Below are positions 10,332-18,838 of a DNA stretch of 64,000 bases, piece after piece. Location: NCBI GenBank assembly GCA_018401355.1, contig JAGYLD010000004.1, positions 1,628-65,627 of the forward strand. The letters are read 5' to 3'. Positions within the stretch are counted from its first letter, which is position 1, and each line of letters opens with the position of its first letter. The position numbers were made by a program, and so were the translations under genes. The DNA is from Bacteroidales bacterium (lineage in GTDB: Bacteria > Bacteroidota > Bacteroidia > Bacteroidales > B18-G4). The notes below the pieces were generated by a model that saw nothing but the letters and a program-made list of their open reading frames with translations, was not told the origin of the DNA and searched no databases.

Positions 10332-11582
10332 TTATTCCACAACCATTTTTTCTATCTCGCCTGAAGCATATTTGCCAGCATCAAGTTTTTCTTTCACTTC
10401 GGAAAAAGCCTTGATGGTATATTCAACGTCTTCCATGGTATGAGATGCTGTAGGTATAAGCCTCAATAATATGATTCCTTTAGGCACTACTGGAAAAGAA
10501 ACAATTGAACAGAAAATATTATAATTTTCTCTCAGGTCGTAAGTAATTTGTGTTGCTTCAGCAACTTCACCTGAGAGTATAACTGGCGTTACCGGAGATT
10601 CTGTATTACCCAAATTAAACCCTTTGTCTCTCAAACCCTTTTGAAGTGCATTTGCAATCTTCCAAAGCTTTTCTCTGAATTCAGGCATGGTCTTGACCAT
10701 TTCGAGCCTTTTCAATGCACCTATGACCATTGGCATGGGCAATGATTTTGCAAACACCTGTGAACGCATGTTGTACATCAAATGCCAGATAATCTCTTTC
10801 TTGCCGGCAATAAACCCTCCAATTCCTGCGAAGGCTTTGGCAAAGGTTCCAAAATACAAATCCACTTTATCACGTACTCCAAAGTGTTCATCAGTTCCAG
10901 CACCTGTTGGGCCCATTGTTCCAAATCCGTGGGCATCATCGACCAGCAAACGAAACTGATATTTATCTTTGAGCCTGGTTATTTCCTTAAGGTTTCCAAG
11001 ATCACCGGACATTCCGTAAACGCCTTCAGTTATCACAAGAATGCCACCACCAGTTTCTTTTACAATTTTTGTGGCCCTTTCCAACTCTTTGTCAAGGTTA
11101 TTCATATCATTATGCGGATATACAAACCTTTTTCCAAAATGCAAACGCATACCATCAATGATGCAGGCATGTGCTTCGGAATCATAAACAATAACATCTT
11201 TTCTGTCAACGAGTGAATCTATAATAGATAACATACCCTGGTAGCCATAATTCAGCAGATAGGCAGCTTCCCTTCCCACGTAGGCCGCCAGTTCATTCTC
11301 AAGTTTTTCATGATAATCGGTATGACCTGACATCATTCTTGCCCCCATAGGGTATGCCAAACCCCATTGGGCTGCCGCTTCAGCATCTGCTTTCCTCACT
11401 TCGGGATGATTTCCAAGACCAAGATAATTATTCAGGCTCCAAACCAACCTTTCTTTGCCCATAAAAACCATTTTGTTTGATAATTCTCCTTCAAGCTTCG
11501 GAAACATATAATATCCATGCGCTTTGTCCCTGTATATGCCAATAGGGCCGGGCTTCTTAACAATTTTTTCAAATAAATCCAC
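10332..11582 (-). CDS. PLP-dependent alpha-oxoamine synthase (Kbl/BioF/serine-palmitoyltransferase family)
   Basis: Has NNYLGLGNHPEV, DEAHACIIDG, DDAHGFG and the PLP-lysine context FGTFAKAFAGIGGF. Substrate cannot be assigned by eye. Confidence 0.85.
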   Translation of the reverse strand: MDLFEKIVKKPGPIGIYRDKAHGYYMFPKLEGELSNKMVFMGKERLVWSLNNYLGLGNHPEVRKADAEAAAQWGLAYPMGARMMSGHTDYHEKLENELAAYVGREAAYLLNYGYQGMLSIIDSLVDRKDVIVYDSEAHACIIDGMRLHFGKRFVYPHNDMNNLDKELERATKIVKETGGGILVITEGVYGMSGDLGNLKEITRLKDKYQFRLLVDDAHGFGTMGPTGAGTDEHFGVRDKVDLYFGTFAKAFAGIGGFIAGKKEIIWHLMYNMRSQVFAKSLPMPMVIGALKRLEMVKTMPEFREKLWKIANALQKGLRDKGFNLGNTESPVTPVILSGEVAEATQITYDLRENYNIFCSIVSFPVVPKGIILLRLIPTASHTMEDVEYTIKAFSEVKEKLDAGKYASGEIEKMVVE

Positions 11583-11733
11583 GGTTGTAGTTTTTAAGAT
11601 TAAGATGCAAAAATATGAAATCTAATCAAACCCATACAATATTACGAGGATATAAAAGTGCAGAATTAGGAAGCATATTCCAGTTGCCTGAAATAAATAC
11701 CCTTGAATAACGTTCTAAATCCGCTGAATTTAT

Positions 11734-11741
11734 TATTTTTG
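11734..11741 (+). promoter_or_regulatory. Bacteroidota -7 box TATTTTTG (TAnnTTTG), 5 nt before the bamD ATG
   Basis: Exact match to the TAnnTTTG consensus. The spacing implies a leaderless or near-leaderless mRNA. Confidence 0.4.
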
Positions 11742-11746
11742 CGCTC

Positions 11747-12556
11747 ATGTTTCAATCCCGGTATTATTTTATATTAATCATTGGTTTTCTGGTGCTTGCA
11801 TCTTGCAGTAAACATCAAAAAATATTAAAAAGTAATGACAACGAAGTTAAATATGAGGCTGCCGTTGATTATTACGAAAATGGCGATTATTACCGGGCAC
11901 TTCAGTTGTTTGAAAGCCTGATGGGAGTTTATCGCGGAAGCAGTAAGGCTGAGCAAATGTATTATTACTACGCATATTGCTATTATCACCAGGAAGAATA
12001 TCTCCTTGCAAGCTATTATTTTAAAAGATATGCACAAAGTTTCCCCAAAGCACAACGAGCAGAGGAATGTATGTTCATGAGCGCTTATTGCCAGTACTTG
12101 TTATCACCCAGATACAGTCTCGATCAGACGAATACTTACGAAGCCATCAAGGAATTGCAATTGTTCCTGGACTTATTCCCGGGAAGTGACAGAAGAGAAA
12201 CATGTCATCAGCTTATAGATGAACTAAGGGCTAAACTGGAAAAAAAGGATTTTGAAATTGCAAAGCAATATCTCAAAACAGAACATTACCAGGCTGCCAT
12301 CAAAGCACTCAATAATCTCTTTTCGGGCCCACGGATTATCCGATACTGACAACCGGGAAGAAATATTATTCTATATTCTTAAATCATATTTTTATTACGC
12401 AGAAAAATCCGCCGGGGCCTGGAAGAAAAACAGCTTGAGAGATACCAGGCTACCATAGAGGCATTTGATGATTTAATCTATCTGTATCCGGAATCAGATT
12501 TTATAAAGGAAGCAAACTCGATGAACAAAAATGCGTTAAAAGAAATATCCAATTAA
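11747..12556 (+). pseudogene. bamD: Outer-membrane assembly lipoprotein BamD, reading frame broken by two opposite frameshifts (real or assembly artefact)
   Basis: Lipoprotein signal (LVLASC) and TPR-like repeats. Frame A stops at 12347-12349. The conserved REEILFYILKSYFYYAEKS segment continues in another frame up to 12458. Frame A then resumes with ERYQATIEAFDDLIYLYPESDF...KEISN and stops at 12554-12556. The total is 270 codons if repaired. Confidence 0.75.
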
Positions 12557-12571
12557 TAATACATCATAAAC

Positions 12572-12907
12572 ATGGTTGATTATAAAAAAGTAAAGACCGA
12601 ATCAACAGCAGTAACCAGGAATAAGCATTTATTCTACGAACAATCAGGAAATATTTACAAAACTGTTGTAGTCCTTGCAAAAAGGGCAAACCAGGTTGGT
12701 TCTGAAATTAAGGAAGAACTGAACAGGAAAATTGAAGAATTTGCAACCACCAGCGACAACCTTGAAGAAATTTTTGAGAACCGTGAGCAGATTGAAATAG
12801 CAAAATTTTACGAAAGGCTGCCCAAACCCACACTTATTGCTGTTCAGGAATTTCTTGATAAAAGGATCTATTTCCGTGATCCTCATGAAGAAGAAACCAA
12901 TAAGTAA
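12572..12907 (+). CDS. rpoZ: DNA-directed RNA polymerase subunit omega (Bacteroidota long form)
   Basis: 111 aa. Has LAKRANQV...EEFATTSDNLEEIFENREQIEIAKFYERLPKP. The position between bamD and coaBC is typical. Confidence 0.8.
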   Translation: MVDYKKVKTESTAVTRNKHLFYEQSGNIYKTVVVLAKRANQVGSEIKEELNRKIEEFATTSDNLEEIFENREQIEIAKFYERLPKPTLIAVQEFLDKRIYFRDPHEEETNK

Positions 12908-12916
12908 ACAATATAA

Positions 12917-14122
12917 ATGCTCTCAGGAAAAAAGATCCTCATTGGCATAACAGGAAGCATTGCAGCTTATAAAATACCTTTGCTTGTAAGGCTTTTCAAA
13001 AAGGAAAACGCCGATATTAAAGCCATACTTACTCCAGATGCCAGGGATTTTATAACACCTTTGACCCTTTCAACCCTTTCCGGCCATCCTGTTTATTCCA
13101 GATCCTTTGATCATGAAACCGGTGAATGGCACAGCCATGTTGAGCTGGGTTTATGGGCGGATATTTTTATCATTGCCCCATTAACAGCAAATACCATGGC
13201 TAAAATGGCTGCCGGGATAGCAGATAATTTTCTGCTTACAACTTATTTGTCAGCAAAATGTGATGTATTTTTTGCCCCGGCCATGGACAGGGATATGTTC
13301 CGGCATCCATCCACCCAGGAAAACCTGAAAACAATTCAGGATAATGGGAATATCCTTCTGCCACCCAATGAAGGTGAGCTTGCAAGTGGTCTTTGTGGTG
13401 AAGGCAGGATGCAGGAACCGGAAACCATTTTGCATACGATAAAAAGGCATTTGCAACATAAACACACTTTCAAGGGAAAAAAGGTTCTTGTCACAGCAGG
13501 ACCTACATTCGAATCCATTGATCCTGTCAGGTTTATTGGTAATTATTCTTCAGGTCGGATGGGATACGAGATAGCAGCTGAATTTGCAAAAAGGGGAGCT
13601 GAGGTAACCCTCATAAGCGGGCCTTCGCATTTGGATCTTCCGCATCCTTCCATTCAACGGGTAGGCGTCATCAGTGCTGAAGAAATGGAGAGTCAATGCA
13701 TGGCATGCTTTCCTGATAGTGATATAACAGTAATGGCAGCAGCGGTAGCAGATTATACCCCAATTGAAAAGAGCAGCTCCAAACTAAAGAAAAAAGTTGA
13801 TAACATTAAACTGGAACTAAAAAAAACACCAGACATCCTGGAAAAACTGGGAAAGTTGAAAAAAGATGATCAGTTGCTGGCAGGTTTCGCACTTGAAACA
13901 GATGATGAAGAAACCAATGCCAAAGAAAAATTAAACAAGAAAAACCTTGATTTGATCGTTCTTAATTCATTGAAGGATGATGGTGCAGGATTTGGTCATA
14001 CAACTAATAAGATTTCCATTTTTACCAGGTCAGGCAAGGAGTCATTTGATCTTAAATCCAAAAAAGAGGTGGCATCAGACATCACAGATTTTATTCTTAA
14101 GGTATTGGAATCAAGAAAATAA
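12917..14122 (+). CDS. coaBC: Bifunctional phosphopantothenoylcysteine decarboxylase / phosphopantothenate-cysteine ligase
   Basis: N-terminal flavoprotein domain (GITGSIAAYK, APLTANTMAKMA). C-terminal CoaB domain (VTAGPT.E.IDPVRFIGNYSSGRMG, AAAVADY). Confidence 0.95.
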   Translation: MLSGKKILIGITGSIAAYKIPLLVRLFKKENADIKAILTPDARDFITPLTLSTLSGHPVYSRSFDHETGEWHSHVELGLWADIFIIAPLTANTMAKMAAGIADNFLLTTYLSAKCDVFFAPAMDRDMFRHPSTQENLKTIQDNGNILLPPNEGELASGLCGEGRMQEPETILHTIKRHLQHKHTFKGKKVLVTAGPTFESIDPVRFIGNYSSGRMGYEIAAEFAKRGAEVTLISGPSHLDLPHPSIQRVGVISAEEMESQCMACFPDSDITVMAAAVADYTPIEKSSSKLKKKVDNIKLELKKTPDILEKLGKLKKDDQLLAGFALETDDEETNAKEKLNKKNLDLIVLNSLKDDGAGFGHTTNKISIFTRSGKESFDLKSKKEVASDITDFILKVLESRK

Positions 14123-14148
14123 AGCCCTCTTATCAAAAGCAAAACTAT

Positions 14149-15045
14149 ATGAGAAAGATACTCCTTTTTATCATAATATTTTTCCTGATCAAACCATCAT
14201 TCACCCAGGAACTCTATTGCAATGTTAATGTTAACTTCCAGCAAGTTGAAGGTACACAAACGAAGATTTTTGAAAACCTGGAAAGGGCATTGTTTGAGTT
14301 TATTAACAACAGAAATTGGACAAATTATAATTTTAGCGTTGAAGAAAGGATTGAATGCACTATCCTGCTTAATATTTCAGAAAGGATCAGCAGCGACCAA
14401 TTTAAAGGCACCTTAAACATTGCATTGAAGCGACCGGTCTTTAACAGCGCCTATAACTCGACAACTTTAAATTATGTCGACAGAGATTTTCAATTTGAAT
14501 ATGTTGAATTTCAACCCCTGGAATATCAGGATAATGTCTTTACAAACAACCTGACATCGGTAATTGCCTACTGGGTTTATATGTTTCTTGGAATTGATTT
14601 TGATACTTTTACCTTGTATGGTGGCACTCTATTTTATGAAAAAGCTGAATCCATTGTAAATTCTGCTCAAAACGAATCGTATCCGGGATGGAAAGCATTT
14701 GAAAGCCAGAAAAACCGATACTGGCTTGTTGAAAATATGATGAACCCCAGTTATCAACCTATCCGCAAATTTTTATATGAATATCATCGACGAGGACTTG
14801 ATGTCATGTATGAAGATGCCAACGAAGGCAAAGCAAAAATATTGAAAGCCCTGAAATACCTCCAGCTTATTCAAAATCAGAGGCCAGGCCTTTTTCTTAT
14901 GCAAATAGTGATGGATGCAAAAAGCGATGAGTTTGTCAATGTTTTTTCCGAAGGGTCGCCTTCAGAAAAAAATCAAGCCATCAATTTGCTCAAGGAAATA
15001 GATCCTGCCAATTCAGACAAATACGACGGAATACTGAAGAATTGA
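14149..15045 (+). CDS. DUF4835-like secreted protein (PorD-type annotation in some databases, from memory)
   Basis: Signal peptide, 298 aa. It holds the conserved slot between coaBC and recN seen in Bacteroidota. Confidence 0.6.
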   Translation: MRKILLFIIIFFLIKPSFTQELYCNVNVNFQQVEGTQTKIFENLERALFEFINNRNWTNYNFSVEERIECTILLNISERISSDQFKGTLNIALKRPVFNSAYNSTTLNYVDRDFQFEYVEFQPLEYQDNVFTNNLTSVIAYWVYMFLGIDFDTFTLYGGTLFYEKAESIVNSAQNESYPGWKAFESQKNRYWLVENMMNPSYQPIRKFLYEYHRRGLDVMYEDANEGKAKILKALKYLQLIQNQRPGLFLMQIVMDAKSDEFVNVFSEGSPSEKNQAINLLKEIDPANSDKYDGILKN

Positions 15046-15102
15046 TTTGATTTTTTTCCTTCCTATTGTTTATTTTTGTTTTAAATTTCCAGGAAAACCC
15101 AT

Positions 15103-16761
15103 ATGCTAAGATCTCTCACCATAGAAAATTATGCCCTGATAAGAAGTCTGAAACTGGATTTTGACCAGGGATTAACAGTTATTACAGGTGAAACTGGAGC
15201 CGGCAAATCCATTTTACTTGGTGCCCTGGCTTTAATACTGGGAAAAAGGGCAGATCATCAGGTTTTGCAGGATAAATCAAAGAAATGTATCGTTGAAGGC
15301 TGTTTTTATATAAACAATTATGATCTCAATACATTCTTTGAAGAAAACGAGTTGGATTATGATGATCTGGCCATACTCCGAAGAGAAATCCTTCCAGGTG
15401 GGCGATCCAGGGCATTCATTAATGATACCCCGGTTGGATTGAATGAAATGAAGGAGCTGGGCGACAAGCTGGTAAACATCCATTCCCAGCATGAAACCAC
15501 TACACTTAATAATTCAGAATTTCAACTTGCAGTAATTGATAACTATGCAGGTATTAATGATAAACTGAATAAGTATCGAAAACTATATAAGGAATACATC
15601 AAACTCAAAAGGGAATTGTACATTCTGATCGAAAAAGAAAAAAAACAGCGTACCGATCTTGATTATTATAATTTCCAGCTCGAAGAGCTTTCAAAAGCCA
15701 ACCTCGTTAAAGGAGAACAGGAAGAACTGGAAGAGGAACAAAAGATCCTCGAGCATGCAGAAGAAATAAAATCCACCCTCTACGAGGCCACAAACATTTT
15801 GCAAAACAATGAATCAAACGTAACTTCTGCTTTATCAGACCTGAGCATCAGAATTGGAAAATTAAAAAACTTTGCTAGTGACCTGGATGAGATATCCGGT
15901 CGGATTGATAGTGCCCTGGTCGATTTAAATGATCTGGCAGACAGCATCAGCCAATTGGAAGAGAAAGTTATACATAATCCGGAGCGCCAGGAAGAAATAA
16001 ACGAAAGACTTGATCTAATCTATCAACTTGAATACAAACACAGAGCCGCTTCCGTTCAGGAACTCATTAAAATTAAAGAGGATTTTGAAGAAAAAACCAG
16101 GGAAATATCCTCACTTGAAGACAGAATAAAAACTTTAGGTAAAGAAGTTGAGGTTGTTGATAAACTGGTAATTAAGAACGCGGAAGTTATTTCAAAAATG
16201 CGTCTTGAACAATTTACATCCATTGAAAAAGCCGTAATAAAGTCCATCCAAAAACTGGGCATGCCACATGGGCAATTTAAAATATTGCATCAGAAAACCA
16301 ATGAACCAGGATATGATGGCATTGATAAAGTACAGTTTCTATTTAATGCAAATAAGGGCGGAGAGTTGGCCAGCATTTCAAAGATCGCTTCCGGAGGCGA
16401 ATTATCAAGGTTGATGCTTTCAATAAAATCATTAATATCAATAAAGACTCTGCTTCCTACAATAATTTTCGATGAGATAGATTCCGGTGTTTCAGGAGAA
16501 GTAGCGGACAGGGTAGGGGGAATATTGCGGTATATGTCATCAAATATGCAGGTAATTGCCATTACCCATCTCCCGCAGATTGCCGGTAAAGGAATTGCTC
16601 ATTTTAAGGTATCCAAAGAAACTGATAAGCACTCTACATTTACGGTAATACAAAAAATTGACGGTGAAAACAGGGTCTCGGAAATTGCCCAGATGTTATC
16701 TGGTGAAAACATTACAGATTCCGCAACAGAAACTGCCAAACAACTGATTAACAGAGACTAA
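15103..16761 (+). CDS. recN: DNA repair protein RecN
   Basis: Walker A GETGAGKS, long coiled coil, signature ASGGELSRLML, Walker B TIIFDEIDSGVSG. Confidence 0.95.
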   Translation: MLRSLTIENYALIRSLKLDFDQGLTVITGETGAGKSILLGALALILGKRADHQVLQDKSKKCIVEGCFYINNYDLNTFFEENELDYDDLAILRREILPGGRSRAFINDTPVGLNEMKELGDKLVNIHSQHETTTLNNSEFQLAVIDNYAGINDKLNKYRKLYKEYIKLKRELYILIEKEKKQRTDLDYYNFQLEELSKANLVKGEQEELEEEQKILEHAEEIKSTLYEATNILQNNESNVTSALSDLSIRIGKLKNFASDLDEISGRIDSALVDLNDLADSISQLEEKVIHNPERQEEINERLDLIYQLEYKHRAASVQELIKIKEDFEEKTREISSLEDRIKTLGKEVEVVDKLVIKNAEVISKMRLEQFTSIEKAVIKSIQKLGMPHGQFKILHQKTNEPGYDGIDKVQFLFNANKGGELASISKIASGGELSRLMLSIKSLISIKTLLPTIIFDEIDSGVSGEVADRVGGILRYMSSNMQVIAITHLPQIAGKGIAHFKVSKETDKHSTFTVIQKIDGENRVSEIAQMLSGENITDSATETAKQLINRD

Positions 16762-16777
16762 TAATTGAGCAACAAAT

Positions 16778-17611
16778 ATGTCACACAATCTTTTAAAAGG
16801 CAAGACAGGAATAATATTTGGGGCCCTTGATGAAAAGTCACTGGCATGGAATATTGCAGAAAAGTGCTATGAAGAAGGAGCACAATTTACCTTAAGCAAT
16901 ACACCCGTTGCCCTAAGGTTCGGGCAATTGGAAAAGCTTTCTGAAAAATGCAATGCTACCATTATCCCGGCAGATGCAACCAAGGTAGACGAGTTACAAA
17001 CAGTATTTTCCAAATCTATTGATTTGATGGGAGGGAAAATTGATTTTGTTTTACATTCCATTGGGATGTCGCACAATGTTCGCAAAAAATTGTCATACAG
17101 CGATTTAAATTACGACTATTTTGTAAAGACCCTGGATATCTCTGCGATTTCATTTCACAGAATGCTACAGACAGCATACAAGCTTGATGCCATTAAGGAA
17201 TGGGGTTCGGTTGTTGGACTGTCATATATTGCAGCCCAACGGACACTTACAGGATACAATGACATGGCAGATGCAAAAGCCTTGCTGGAATCCATTGCCC
17301 GAAGCTTTGGTTATATTTATGGAAGGGATAAAAAGGTCAGGATCAATACCATTTCCCAGTCGCCAACACCAACAACTGCAGGTAGCGGAGTAAAAGGGAT
17401 GGAAGGGCTTATGGATTTTACGAACAGGATGTCACCCCTTGGAAATGCCAGTGCCAGCGAATGTGCCGACTATTGTGTTACCTTGTTCTCTGACCTCACC
17501 AAAAAAGTAACCATGCAAAATCTTTATCATGATGGTGGTTTCTCAAATATGGGCATGAGTCTGAATGCCATGCAGATGTACAATAAGGCGATGGATTGCG
17601 ACTGCGACTAG
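16778..17611 (+). CDS. fabI: Enoyl-ACP reductase (FabI-type SDR)
   Basis: Has GIIFGALDEKSLAW (FabI-type glycine motif), the Y-x6-K catalytic spacing in YNDMADAK, and ISQSP. Confidence 0.8.
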   Translation: MSHNLLKGKTGIIFGALDEKSLAWNIAEKCYEEGAQFTLSNTPVALRFGQLEKLSEKCNATIIPADATKVDELQTVFSKSIDLMGGKIDFVLHSIGMSHNVRKKLSYSDLNYDYFVKTLDISAISFHRMLQTAYKLDAIKEWGSVVGLSYIAAQRTLTGYNDMADAKALLESIARSFGYIYGRDKKVRINTISQSPTPTTAGSGVKGMEGLMDFTNRMSPLGNASASECADYCVTLFSDLTKKVTMQNLYHDGGFSNMGMSLNAMQMYNKAMDCDCD

Positions 17612-17648
17612 CACAAATAATTATTTCTTATCTGAATGATTATTTTCA

Positions 17649-17656
17649 TATATTTG
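17649..17656 (+). promoter_or_regulatory. -7 box TATATTTG upstream of the acyl-CoA dehydrogenase gene
   Basis: Exact TAnnTTTG match 29 nt before the ATG at 17685. Confidence 0.4.
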
Positions 17657-17684
17657 TTATCATAAATATTTAAATAGCAAGTAT

Positions 17685-18827
17685 ATGGTAAGTTTTGAGC
17701 TGGAAAAATATCAGCACGATATTATTGAAAAATATCGTGACTTTACAAAGCGCTGGATCATTCCCAACAGACAAAAGTATGATGAACTCTCAGAATTCCC
17801 CTGGGATATTGTTAAAGCTGCATATGATGAAAAAATTATTAATGGGTCAATTCCCAAGGAGTATGGAGGCAATGGCTTTAATATTTTTGATAGTTCGTTA
17901 GCTTCTGAGGAGTTGGGATATGGTTGCACAGGAATTGGTATTTGCATTGATGCAAGCATACTGGCCCTGACGCCAACATTTCTGGCAGCCACCGAGGAGC
18001 AAAAAAAACGGATTTATGGTGAAATGTTTGAGAAAAAGGCGGTAGCAGCTTATGCACTTACCGAACCCAATGCAGGGTCAGATGTAGCCGGCATTAAATC
18101 AACAGCCCTCAAGAAAAAAGATAAATATATCCTCAACGGGCACAAAAGGTTTATCACCAATGCAGAAGTTGCAGAATACATCACGGTATTCGCACTTGCT
18201 GATCCGGAACGGGGAGCCAGAAGCCTCACTGCATTTATTGTAAAAGCAGATACTCCCGGAATCGAGATCTTGCCTCGATTAGAGAAAATGGGGCAAAGGG
18301 CTTCCGTTCAAAATGAGATCAAGTTTCACGATGTCGAAATTCCGGAAGAAAATGTCCTTGGCAGAGAAGGTATGGGATTCCTGATTGCCATGAAAACATT
18401 TGACAGGACCAGGACCGGCGTTGCATCAGCAGCGGTTGGTAATGCCCAGGCAGCTTATGACACGGCACTTTCCTGGGCGAAAAACAGGATCCAGTTTGGT
18501 AAACCAATCACTGCCAACCAGGCCATGGCCTTTTTAATGGCAGATATGAGCCTGGAAATTGAAGCCTCCCGGAATATTGTTTGGAGAGCAGCATGGGCAT
18601 ATGATACTAAACAAAAGAACTATTCATTGCTATCTGCCATGTCAAAACTTCATGCAACTGATATGGCCATGCGCGTAACCACTGATGCAGTTCAGGCCAT
18701 GGGAGGGGATGGATATTCTAAAGAATTCCCTGTTGAGAAAATGATGCGTGACGCTAAACTTTCACAAATATATGAAGGCACAAACCAGATCCAGAGGGTC
18801 GTGATCTCGAAAGCGATATTAAAATAG
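17685..18827 (+). CDS. Acyl-CoA dehydrogenase (short/medium-chain type, 380 aa)
   Basis: Has YALTEPNAGSD, the GFLIAMKTFDRTR region and C-terminal IYEGTNQIQR. Confidence 0.9.
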   Translation: MVSFELEKYQHDIIEKYRDFTKRWIIPNRQKYDELSEFPWDIVKAAYDEKIINGSIPKEYGGNGFNIFDSSLASEELGYGCTGIGICIDASILALTPTFLAATEEQKKRIYGEMFEKKAVAAYALTEPNAGSDVAGIKSTALKKKDKYILNGHKRFITNAEVAEYITVFALADPERGARSLTAFIVKADTPGIEILPRLEKMGQRASVQNEIKFHDVEIPEENVLGREGMGFLIAMKTFDRTRTGVASAAVGNAQAAYDTALSWAKNRIQFGKPITANQAMAFLMADMSLEIEASRNIVWRAAWAYDTKQKNYSLLSAMSKLHATDMAMRVTTDAVQAMGGDGYSKEFPVEKMMRDAKLSQIYEGTNQIQRVVISKAILK

Positions 18828-18838
18828 TCGGAAGATAA

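Noticed and set aside
12252-12458. 68-aa ORF listed as a separate gene
   Set aside because: It is the middle segment of bamD read in a shifted frame (see the bamD finding), not an independent gene.
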